A stretch of DNA of 55,222 nucleotides. Origin: Trichinella spiralis (Eukaryota). The translations under genes were made by a program, and so were the position numbers. Below the pieces are notes generated by a model. It worked only from the letters and a program-made list of their open reading frames with translations. It was not told the origin of the DNA and ran no database searches. Positions 43,720 through 55,222 of this stretch are shown here, piece by piece. Position 1 is the stretch's first letter. Each line of letters opens with the position of its first letter. Location of the stretch: positions 1,828,585 through 1,883,806 of the forward strand of contig NW_003526944.1 of the NCBI RefSeq assembly GCF_000181795.1, read 5' to 3'.

Positions 43720-45188
43720 TTATAGAAGCTGATACGTATCGTCTGCGTAAGGAATGATGGCTACATCTTCAGGAATGTACGGCTTTGTCGGCGTTACTGG
43801 TATGTTGCGCACGCTGTCGAGCAGCTGTTGTATATCTTCCAACGTGACAACACCTTTGGTGGCTTTGATTTTCATCAGCTTTATCACCACGCGAACCGCT
43901 TCGGCCATTTCGGCGCTCATGGAGTCGATCGCTATTCGAAAATCGCGTATTTTCCGGCCAAAATAGTGCAGCTTGATGAACAACATCCTCAAATAGACGC
44001 CTGCAAAATTGACGCACATGGTCAACAGGGTCAGTCCGATCACGTTGTGAATCAAGATGAAGATGATATAGGTGTCACTGTCCAAGCGGACGCTGCCCAA
44101 GCCGATGGTTGTTATCGTGTTGAAGGAGAAGAAGATGCCGTGGATCAGGGTCCAGTTCTGTTCGAACAGGTTGAAAATGATGCTGCTGAAAAAGCAATAG
44201 CCAATGATTAGGCCGAAATAGGCGATCAAGATAAAGCAGAGTATTTGCAGAACGCGTCGACGGAGCGGTGGCTTCGTTTTCACCGTTTTATTCAAATTCC
44301 AATCGTCCGGACTGGTGGAACCAGATACAAAATGGGAATGGGATTCGCTTTTCCTCCTCCGCCGGAAGGGTCTTTTCGATTGGATGTATTGAAAAATGCG
44401 CCAACGGTAGTTGTTGAACCAGCGGATCATTTCGGACAAAAATGTACCGAAATTTGCAATGGTCAGCAGTGACAGAGGAATGCCAACTAAAGCGAACATG
44501 ATCGTGAACCACTGGCCAGCGGTCGAACTCGGCGACACCTGATCATACCCTGAAACGAACGGATGCTACAATTTCCAATAAAATCTTCACGTCAACCGTA
44601 TCCAAGGTAAGCGTGTTAATTTATTATTAATTAATTAATTAACCTGTTGTTGTAATTACTGTCAATGCGTAAAGGAAGGCCATCCTGTAAGACCACATTG
44701 GCATCTGGGGTTGGGCTGCAACCATTTTGCAGCGTTCGGTCAGGTGATGTAATAGTTGAGTGATTTCCGCGGCCACGCTTTTGCACTGTTCAAATGTGGT
44801 AGAAGCAGTTTCGCACATGTAGGCAGTGGATTTGGTAATTTGCACCACCAGCGCGTCAATATTTTCCTGCTGGTCATTGTCTATTTTTGAATCTTGCTTT
44901 TCACTGGCTCGCTTTTCCAACCACAAAATAATTGCTGCACCACCGGCAGTATAGCCGAGCAGTACTGCAGTGAGGAGAACATGAGGCAGGAGAATTTTTA
45001 ATTTCTGTAAACGGGAACGGAGGGGTTCATTTTTGAATTTTTACTACTGAATTCATTTTTACCTCTTTCAGTCGTTTTTTCTTGTATGGAGGCTCTTCGG
45101 GTTTTTCTTTTCCATCCTCTCCGGGTGTATATTGTTCAAAGTTGGACAGTTTGCTTTTGTCATTTTGCATCTCGTAATTTTTGCTCAT
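43720..45188 (-). CDS. Divergent nematode TWK-type K2P potassium channel; exons 45188-45063, 45004-44644, 44549-43720
   Basis: M1 LLPHVLLTAVLLGYTAGGAAIILWLE. P1 WSYRMAFLYALTVITTTG|YDQVSP. M2 GQWFTIMFALVGIPLSLLTIANFG. P2 FFSFNTITTIGLG. TWK C-terminal KLHYFGRK and terminal IPYADD. Confidence 0.9.
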
Positions 45189-45503
45189 TTTCTCGATCAA
45201 TCTGAAATGTTTAATCTCTCTATTAAATTTTAAATCTTCATATCATATCTCAAAAATAATAATCACTGGAGAAATTATTCACTTACACATGTTCTTTCTT
45301 TCAATGTTGGCATTCATAGTTGTATACTTTGAAATTTTGTTATTGATTTGAATTTTTCCAAAGCCAATTTTTTCTTCTAAATAAACAAAAGGTGATTTTT
45401 GGTTAGATTAATAAGTTGAAATTAATTTTTTTTCCAACATTCAGTTCGGATGCAATTTGTGCAGTTGCGTGCAAAAGTGCAAATCGGAACAAGAGCTAAA
45501 GCT

Positions 45504-45530
45504 ATGAATGAATGAATGAATGAATGAATG
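45504..45530. repeat. (TGAA)n microsatellite
   Basis: atgaatgaatgaatgaatgaatgaatg. Confidence 0.9.
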
Positions 45531-46924
45531 ATTGCTTTTTTTTGCGCAGCCAGTTGCTGCCGTTGCCACGGAACGGCGGCATTTTCGAAATAAATTGATA
45601 ACGATCGATTCATCAGGTGGAGAGATTATGAGCGTTTGTTTCATTTTATGTGGGAACAAAAATGGAAAAACTAGGGACGTAGGGGCAGAGGCTAATTTTG
45701 TTCGATGTATGATCCGGTGAAATTGTTGTTTTTCCATTATCAAATCTTTTGCACTTGTCACAGATTTTTATCAGCGATTTCATTCATCGTGCAAAGTTGA
45801 ATAGAAATTTCCAACGCATTTCACGCACTGTATCCGGCGAACAACGTGCTCTGTCTTGTCGAGCTTGTCCTGTAGCTAGGAGGGATGATCTGTTGACTAA
45901 ACGGCATCCGATCCGATATAATTATACCACCACTAAATTTATAGCAAGTTAAAATTGCGAGCACTGCACAAGAGCATCAATGCTTCTAGAGCAATTATAA
46001 GTGTATTTGTATTTTTTATTTAATGAAATTTAAAAAAGTTGTTAAATATCTATAAATTAATTTTATTGTCTCGTTGTACAAGTTTTATGTGGAGAATGGT
46101 TGTTGTTGTTGTAATTTTAATTTTCAGATGGATTATTTCATTGGGGGATGATGGATTGAAGGGAAAATTTGTTGGCGCAAATGTTTGTTGCTTCAGTTGA
46201 ATTGATTTCACTTCAGCATGCCTTTACTTTAATTTTAATAAACCACTGACTGAATTGAGCTAACAAAGAAACTGAGCTAAACTTCAAAAGTTGTGCTTTT
46301 TTCGTTTTCAACTCTGCAGTAAATAGAATGTGACTAGTAGTTTGGTTTTATAGCAAATGAAAAATAAATGTGCTCTCATTATAAGCAGTTGTCAAATTTT
46401 TGCTTCGGCTTTAAATAATAAATATCTATTTAATTTTGCACACTGCAGTCGACTTTTTACTTCTTCATATTTCAACGATAGTATAAGTAAAGTTTTTTGT
46501 TTAATAAATAAATAATAATATTTGTTTTCTTCTTTTTTATATTACATTAATTAGTTTACGTATTGAAATGAAGCTTTTATTTGAGAGTCATTTCACTTTT
46601 TATAGTTAGCCGATGAAATTCAGAAGAGAAAGAAATTTATTATGAAATCATTCATTAAATAAGTGCAGTTATAAATATTTCAAATCAATGCGCAATTCTA
46701 AATAAAGACGTGTTAATTGTTGGTATTAATTTTTAATAAATGCGCCAAAATATGTTTAACATTCAGAAAGATAGCTTTGGCTAACTGATGCTAATGATGA
46801 TTGCGTAAATGCACATGTAGAAGTATCATCAATGTGCATTGTAAAATGAGTGCTATTTATAATTCGATTTGTAATGCTGTGATTTTTTCAAGAAGTAAGC
46901 AAATTAGATAAGCAAATGAAAAGG

Positions 46925-46953
46925 AAAACAAAACAAAACAAAACAAAACAAAA
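46925..46953. repeat. (AAAAC)n microsatellite
   Basis: aaaacaaaacaaaacaaaacaaaacaaaa. Confidence 0.9.
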
Positions 46954-47160
46954 TTCTTACTTATCCGTCGGATGAAGATGATGATGATTTTGAAGCTGGT
47001 AAACAATTCAAGATATCGCAGAGGAAAGACCCATTAATGATAAAATTTATGAATGATTGTGATATCATTTTGCATATATGTAGTTGATTTGTCCATGTAT
47101 ATACAGATTGGTGTACATGTGCATGTTTATTATGTACATGTCTATATACGTATATATATC

Positions 47161-47183
47161 TGTGTGTGTGTGTGTGTGCGTGT
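47161..47183. repeat. (TG)n microsatellite
   Basis: tgtgtgtgtgtgtgtgtgcgtgt. Confidence 0.9.
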
Positions 47184-50100
47184 ACATATGTGTAGATGTT
47201 ATTTTTACAAGTTTAATATTTAAATGACTTTTTAGTGAGGTTATTGTTGATCTTTAAGCTAGTTATGAAGCATGGGCTGTTGGACTGTTGGGTTAAGAAG
47301 ATGTTTAATCGTACTACATACAGCTGATGAGTGCACAGTTAGTTAGTCTTCAATAACCAAGTTGGTCTGATTGCTTTTGCTTGCTTGTCAGAAAGTGACC
47401 AATCACTGGTCAGCGATTCTACCTTTTGAATTCTTTTAATTTTGGTGATTAGCTGTTAGCTTGTGCATGGAGCAGAGCTTGCTCGACAAGATCGATTTGA
47501 AAGTTCATCTTCGGAGGCGAGATTTATTTTCCAACATTCGATTCACTTCCAACTGGGGATGATGGTTCAGAATGAAGGGAACTGTGTGTTTCTCATCGTT
47601 GACAATTGTTTGACGCCAGTCGTTTTCAATTTGCTTCATTTTTAACAATTGTGCTCAAAGTTGTCATAAAGAGGAGACAAGCTGCTGTCTTTAAGTTTAC
47701 TCTTCAGATTTATTTGAAATTTGTGTTTATGCAAAGTCAACATATAAGGGTTGAAACAAAAAAAACAAAGAAAAACCTTCTCTCTTTAAATTGTTCACAT
47801 ACAGTATTATTTATGAATAATATTTTATTAGTTGTAACTTGTTAGACTTGTCGTTGTTTCTTCGAATTAGGCGACGTAACTGTAAGAAAGATTTAGAAAA
47901 TTTACCAATGCTTACATGTAATTATTGGTTTTCTTAAAATTACTTGTTCAATTGAAAGATTTCTAATGATCATAATCTCCTTTCAAAGTAGTAGGATAAA
48001 GGATGTTGTTGGACAGAATGTTGCCGTATGTTGTAAAGTAAAATAAATTGAAAGTACTGTTTCGATAGCTTGTTGATTCTTTTTGCTTTGTAATTTATTT
48101 ATTGGTTGTTTAAATTTGTAACAGTTGATATTTCTTATTACATATTATCAGTAACGTTACTATAAATATTGGCCCAATAAATTCAAATTTCTGTGACTGA
48201 TGACTTTTACAATTTTGAATAATCCTAACGTGACAGACACTGTTTGTTTTGTAATTATGAAAGTTTGATTTTAAACATTTAAATTTTAAAGTGAAGAACA
48301 TGCGTGTGGATAAAGTGGATAGAATTTCTTTGAATATGATAGCGTTTGGTTTTTTTTTAATTTTTGTTCATAATATATCTGAAACAATTCTAGCTGTTAG
48401 GCATTGAGGTTAATTAGCACATTTTACGAAAGCGAACACCAGGATGCAAAGAAATGAAAGTAAGTGAGTAATTAAAATGAATAATAATTTTCCAACTATA
48501 ATCATTGCTAATGCATCGGCGCTTGTGAGCAGTTCTTCTCCATAACGGGTGTTTGAGGTGACTTTGATTTGCTTAGAATTTCATCAAGTGAAATGAAGAA
48601 AGTGGAATGTTCGAAACAAATGTTCGCTTGCTTTTATGCTTTCAAAGTTGTAAACGGCAGTTTCATTTCTGGACAAAGCTGACGGTTGATAATTGAATTA
48701 TGTCCATTTCTTTCGACTCTAATCCATGCTGATCCAAATCAGCACTTGCGGAATGAGCCACTTTCATTTATTCAAATAGTTTTCTTGATACTTTTATTAA
48801 AGCCGCATAAAGTTGCCCAATGAAAATCCTCTTTTATTCCATAAAAATTGAATAATTGGAAATTATTTATCTTACACAGGTATGTGTGTGTGTGTTTTTT
48901 TTGCTTTAGTTTTTATTAATTTTCATTGATGATTCAGCATGTACTATATAAAAAGTGGCATGAATAGTTGAAAGTGACGATTTTTTTTCTCTTCATCTTT
49001 GAAGCGATGAATTTTATTAATTCTGCAGATGCGTAAATGCACATATTCCCAATTGTATCGTATCAGATCTGCTAGTTAGTTAAACAGCCAGCCAACTAGC
49101 TAGGTGGTTATTATTTGAAGAAGATTAAATTAAATTAACGAAACAGAAGAAAATTTTTCAAAATTTTCTTTTTGAGCTGAAAAGAAAATTTTGAAAAATA
49201 CAATATATACAATATGTTGAACCAAATAAAATGGGATCAACGAAAAAAAAACAAGAATACCAACATAAAAGTAGAGTTGTCTATTGATGATGCATCTTTG
49301 AAAGGAAGAAATCTAATGAATGGGGTGGGGTGGGGGAGATATTTGATTTTATTCGTAACAGTTTGCAAACACAGAGAGCATCCTCAAATGTTTTGCATTG
49401 ATTGGCATCTAGCGTAGGGTTTTGAAATGTGCATCGATTGAAATGAGTTTGGAAATTGAAAACAATCAAAAACCGCCTGTGGAATTAGCACGTCGATGGC
49501 TCATGCGCATTTTCACATTTTTTCCAAGCTTCTTCACATTACAACCCACCGAAAGCATTTATATTCATGCTTGTCATTTGATTGACAGGGGCAAATTTGA
49601 CAACCACCGACACAGGATGATTCTTAATTGCTCGTACGCATGAAAATTACCAGACAATTTTTGAAATACATTTTTCAGTTTCATTTCAACTGAAACTGAA
49701 ACTCAAGCTCGAGTAGATTTATCTAAAATTCATTTTTGACAAACTGTTTATTTTTATTTTTAATAATATCAAACAGCAAAAAAACATATTTTATTTTTAC
49801 TTATGATAATAATTGATGAATATATGGCATGTATTTTACTATTTGAAGTTCAGTTTTTTAATTTGAATTTTATTCCATTAAATTATTACCAACTTGCTAA
49901 ATGGGTTATTAGCTTGATACATGTGATCAACATTGTTGCGACGTTGTATATATGTATATATATATAATTGGCTGAATTATTAATTTCCCAAGTGCAAAAT
50001 GATATTTTCTCTCAAAGACTATTAAAATTTTGAAAAGCAAATGGAATTGTACCATAGGGGCAAATATTTTATTTTTCTTCTTTTAATTTTATTTTTATCT

Positions 50101-50941
50101 GTTAGATTTGTCAAACGAAACGGACCACAACAGTTCTTTTGTGTGCATTACGAAAAATGATCAATAAATAAAATTTAAAATGTTTAAAATTTTACTTTAA
50201 AAATCAGATATGTAAAAAAAATTATTATTTCATTTTTTTATGACATTTGTCGTTCACTTTGAGCAGATGATCGTTCATCTCAGCTTCGGTTGTCTAACAA
50301 GTTTCGTAGCGTTGACCTTTCAATTGATGTTAGCAAGATTGCTTGAACTTGCTAATGCTGAAAAACAAACAAGGCGACATTGATTATTAATGACATTAAG
50401 ATCGTATTTTTGGCATTAATTCCGCTGTTTGATGAGGGCAATTTTTGAGGATAACTTTTCTCAATTTTACATTTTTCAACTAGAAATTTAGATACACGAT
50501 TCATTTTATTTCTTTCCTCTGTTCCTACAATATTGTTCATATTAATATTAAATTCAGATAATTATATTTTTAATTATTCAAATAGTTATTGCTTCAATAC
50601 GCACAAAGAAACAGTCTACATCCATTGGATTTATTTACATTTTTTAAATCTTTCTCTTACGTTTTTTTTTCAAAAAAATTTTCATTTTCTTATTCTTAGC
50701 AATTTAATTTTGTTCTATTCTTATTGTATTTTGTTACACATCCTGAACGAGATGTGAAAAGCTTTTTTGTATTTGTTAATGTATGTATTTGAATAAGTGT
50801 GAAACTACTTTTGTTAATTAGCTGTTCATCAATTTTTCACGTTCAGATGTTTGTATTGAAAACGAAGTGCACACAGTAAGGTGCATAATTTTGTCTTTTT
50901 TGTTCATGTAATGGCTAAATGGTGGAAATGCAAATAAAAAC

Positions 50942-51022
50942 TATATATATATATATACATATATACATATGTATATATATGTGTATGTGTGCGTGTGTGT
51001 GCCTGCGTGTGCGTGTGTATAT
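50942..51022. repeat. Compound (TA)n/(TG)n alternating purine-pyrimidine tract
   Basis: tatatatatatatatacatatatacatatgtatatatatgtgtatgtgtgcgtgtgtgtgcctgcgtgtgcgtgtgtatat. Confidence 0.85.
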
Positions 51023-51879
51023 AATTTACTTTAGCTGGTATTATTTTTATTTGGATATATGAGCTTTTGAATGAGAAACACTTTTACCATTTCATCATTA
51101 CTGATAATGAAAGTGAACATTTGCTTTCATTGTGCTTTCATAATTATCAGTTTTGCTTTATTTTTTGTTTGTTTTTATGTGATTTAATAGATTTTTCTTG
51201 CATTATTTTTAATAGGTAATATTTAACGAGATAATATTTGTTTGATAATATGGTCATTTTCTTTAATGTTCAATTATCAGCATTGCTGTAATTCAATTAT
51301 TCCCATATCCCACTGAAACGTCCTTGCACTGTCGAAATGAATGCGGTTTGTTTGATTAATTAAAGTTGTATAGAAGAATGGACTCCAGTTCAGTGCGCAT
51401 TAGCTGCAACCCTATATATGTATATATATACGAATCAGTATTCAAACATGTGCAATATTATTTTTATTTTTGAGAGCATGTCTTCAACGAAAACTAGAGT
51501 AAAAATCTTAAATTAAAAAAATTGAATTTTGTCAAGAAAATAATATAATTGCAATTTGATCGTATTTGATTCACGCTAGAAACCATGGGCCATTGTACTT
51601 TTTTTACATTCTCTTGATGAATGGGCATCATCAGTTATTTTATTCGTTTCATTATGTTTCAAAGGATTGTAATTATATATTGTGTGGAGTAAATTTACAA
51701 ATAGATTCCGTGTTCAACTGGAAAGTTTCGACGCGGTGTAAACTGCTGAAATTCTCGACTAAGATTTTTCAGCTTACTGATGGAAGCATTAGGGGAATAA
51801 TTTGTATATTGATTTGGATTTTTTGTTTAATTGTGGTTTGGATAAGTGATTTCAGTTATTTATGAATATCAATAGGTGT

Positions 51880-52600
51880 TGCTCGTAGAGCGTTGGGATG
51901 AAAGGAGCTGCAAGGTTTGACAAAGATTCAGCTCTGCTAGCCCCTCTTCCTATTTGTACAGGTGAAGGTATGTTGATTGGAGCTTGATACTTTCAGTAAC
52001 GTGTCTGAAAGAGCGTAATGGAGTGACCGCATACCTATGAATCGAATCGAAGAATCAGGCGCTGATTATTTTAGTAGCAGTGAAAACTCAGGTAGCACTT
52101 GTCAAAAGGCTAAATCTACTGCAATTGGAGTTTAATGGGCGCCTCGCTGGCAACACGTCTAATGAAATTAGTTCAGGCAAGGTTTAGTAGTAGTGGACAC
52201 CGCCACTTGTTGGTGTGACAGTCAAACAGTGGCAGTCCTTCGTTCAAAATCGAGTAGTAGTACATTTTTATGCAGTAGGCATAGGCAGAGGCATTACGAC
52301 AGACAGAGGGCATTTGGTCGAAAAAGCAGGATTCTGATGGAACTGAGAGTCTTAGAGAAGCGGTCTTTGGAACGAAATCACGAGGGAAATCCGTCTCGAA
52401 TCAGCTGCAACAACAGCCACGACGGTGAAAACCGCTGACTGTAAGATAGAACGTAGTTCAGAACGATGCGAATACTTAGAAAGGCTCAATCGGTTCACGA
52501 CCCTCTGTTGCAGATTTGTCCAAAACTGTCATGGTGAGTTAGGGCAGATATGCATCGGTCCCTTGTCCACGTCCAATGTAGACTTGGTCACCATGAAGTC
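51880..52600 (+). mobile_element. Decayed BEL/Pao LTR-retrotransposon fragment (RNase H region of pol)
   Basis: Reading across stops and frameshifts gives LELDTFSNVSERA(Y)GVTAYL, AVKTQVALVKRLNLLQLE(L)MGASLATRL, CWCDSQ, WQSFVQNRV and LERLNRFTTLCCRFVQNC. These are colinear with the Pao motifs FSDASxxAYG, AKSRVAP..IPRLEL, WSDS and FVxNRV. Confidence 0.85.
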
Positions 52601-55222
52601 AAACGAATCAACATATGTCTTTGTCAGTATCCACTGAAAATGAGCGCATCTGTGCAATATTTTCAAAATAAACATTTCAAAAATAAAAGTAATGTGAATG
52701 CAATCAATGGTTTACTAATTTCAACTTTAAAAAATGTGAAAAAGGAATTTTGAATAGAATTCATATTAATTTTTTCCCATATTCTATTGTCTTGTTTGTT
52801 ACGTTAAAAGTGTTACTTTAAATCGGAAAATAGAATCACTTCATTAAATAAAACGCTCATTTTGAAATTATTCAGTCGTCCAACATTCTCTCAATATTGA
52901 ATAATATCATAATTTAATGTCTTTTCAGTGATTCCACGCAGCAATTCTGAAGATGAACTTTCAAAAATATAACATGTAGCAATAGAAATAGAAATAGATT
53001 TTTAACAACGCATTGAAAAGTAATTACATTAGCAATTCAACTTGAATTAATGTCTTATTGCATAGCTTTAAATCGAATTTTTGATGAATTCGCATCTAAG
53101 TTTAGTACCACAACAGGTACAGATTCGCAAAGTTATAATAAGTAAGTAAAACGATGGTTGATGGCAGACGATAATATTATACCGGCTAAGCGGGCGTAAA
53201 ATCTCATAATTATCAACTCTTAGTTCTATCGTTAAAATTTGCTAAATATGCACTGATAGTTATGATAGATTTACACTGCGAAGAAAAGCTACATTTATAT
53301 AAAATACAACTAAAAATTAACATAACAGATATAGTTTATTTTCAAATCATTTGCATTCAATAAAATGTAAAAAATAAAAAAATTAAAGTTTCAGAATTAT
53401 TCAGTATTAAACGGCACACATAATATCAAGTGTTCAAGAACCATGCTAGCTAACTGCCCTATTTACTCGTTGGAAAAGATGCACACCAACTAACTTTATG
53501 CTAATTTGATGGCGAACTAGCCGATGGCACTTTGCTGAATGCAAGTTCTGCTGTTAAAATCCGTAAGCGATTTACTATTTATAAAACGCTGTTGATTTTG
53601 AGAAATCGATTATTATATAAATAATTGCAGATGAACAACACTTGCTACTGCGTTGCTTTATTATTTATTGGTCATATTTGGTGCTTCACTTCAAGAAATA
53701 CGTTGTGAACGATATACAGAAAATACGATGAAGCAACGAGCATCAATTCGCAGACGTTAACAACTCCACGGCTTCTTCATGCATATTTATCAACGTACCT
53801 GCTGTCAGGTATGAATTTTTACATATTTTTTCTGTAGTTATTTATTTTATATTTGACACACACTCTATAAAACATTATCACTTTGGCCACTTTAAATATA
53901 AATTTAATTTTCTTTACTTCTGTTAATTGAAATTAGAATATTTTTCATCCGTAATGACGCACAAGAAACAAACGACATTTTATTAGATCATTTTTTGAAT
54001 TCATATAAATGGAAGCTAACAAATTAAAGAAAAAAAAACCTGTAAAGTGAAGGTAACAAGTTTGTAAATATAATTGAACGATTTTCACCTTTGAACACTT
54101 TTCAAATCAATGAGATAACATCAAAAGCATTTTTCTTGTTCATGTTCATGTTCATTGAAATTATTTAATGTTTTAACAAGAAATTCCAACTGAAAAATTT
54201 AAATATATTTAATACAATCTCCAACAACATTACACTGTATTCCGGTAAATGTAGAATCCAGACGTCTTGAAAATTTTGCATTTTGTAAAATTTAACGAGT
54301 TAAGATGGAAAGAAATGCCTGTTTGATTTCTTCATTTTATTAGGAAAATTTTCATTTTGTTTTTTATATATTTCAATTAATTGCTTTGCTCAAAATGAAA
54401 TTTTGCATGTGAAAGAATACGGTAAAATTTAAGTTCGTTTTAGAAATTAGTTAAGTTCGATTATTAAAAGATAGGTATTCCAGTCGTTTTCATGAATTCA
54501 CCTTAACAGGTATTCACATGAATTTAATCGAAATAAATTTGCATACTAATGCGTTTTCCTACTAGCATAAGTCATATTATGAAGTGTGTAAATAAAAGCG
54601 TAACACCGTTCAATATTCAATAAAATTCTTCATTCCTCTTATGTCAATAAGCTTAGTTAGTGACGGAAAGCTAGGTTGTCCTTCCAGAGGAAAAGCAGTA
54701 AATTAGTAGATAAAGAGCGATCTGCAAATGTGCTTTTCAGAAGCTGATAATTGAATATGCCATTTTCTGCAAATTTGAAATGCATAGGTAGAAAGACAGT
54801 TCCTGTTCATCTTTATGATTTACATAATGTATTGTGTTTTTCACGCGATTTTGAATCTTAATGCAAAGACAAAGTTTTATCATAGATAATATTCATGAAG
54901 TCATTGAATCACAATGAGAAGCTTATTCTTGATTGTTCATATAAGGGATAGTGGAACATCATTCTGAAAGAACAGTGGGATCTTTACCACGTTTTATGTT
55001 ATAATCCCTGTAACAGAAACTGCTGATGTCCCAGACCTGGCAGATTGTCCAATAGTTTCTATACTGTTGATCAAAGCTCTTGTTCTTGTGCGCTTAGGCA
55101 GAGATTTCCATCCTTGAATATTCAAACTCTAATCTGTACTGTAATTTCCATCGCCCTTGAAATGTCCTGTGATTTTACAGTCTTATGAACAAAGCAAGCA
55201 TATAAATAAATGTACTTGCTTT

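Noticed and set aside
53631..53808. Segment flanked by acceptor ttgcag and donor gtatga
   Set aside because: All three frames contain stops; at most a non-coding exon.
54650..55222. Slightly GC-richer tail, possibly another decayed transposon
   Set aside because: No diagnostic motif recognised in the frames read by hand.

Overview
AT-rich eukaryotic genomic DNA with many short (about 45-80 nt) GT-AG introns and TTTCAG/TTTTAG-type acceptors. It looks like a nematode, most consistent with a clade I worm such as Trichinella (inference, not proven). The first ~36 kb is gene-dense, in order: TASK/SUP-9 K2P channel (-), poly(A)-binding protein (+), C18orf21/RMP24-like Rpp21-family protein (+), Golden goal/THSD1-like receptor (-), STEEP1 (-), WDR46/UTP7 (-), a stand-alone RAMA-domain protein (+), BTBD8-like (-), TRAPPC3 (+), TCP1/CCT1 (+), ERGIC3 (-) with ROMO1 nested antisense in an intron, CNPY3/4 (-) and MED31 (-). 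MED31 is absent from the ORF track and was assembled by hand from three exons. The last ~19 kb is gene-poor: a divergent TWK-type K2P channel (-), microsatellites and a decayed BEL/Pao retrotransposon. Most interesting: (1) the MED31 stop codon lies only 7 nt before the CNPY start codon with no poly(A) signal between them, suggesting a dicistronic or alternatively trans-spliced unit at the head of a MED31-CNPY-ERGIC3 operon; (2) three ~100-nt operon-like spacers with stem-loop + UAYYU(U) (Ur-like) elements; (3) a RAMA domain without its usual partner domains; (4) a K2P channel whose first filter reads TTTGYD instead of TxGYG; (5) a PABP ending in a 27-Gln tail. All family calls come from recalled motif similarity, not database searches. 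No tRNA, rRNA or CRISPR array was seen.
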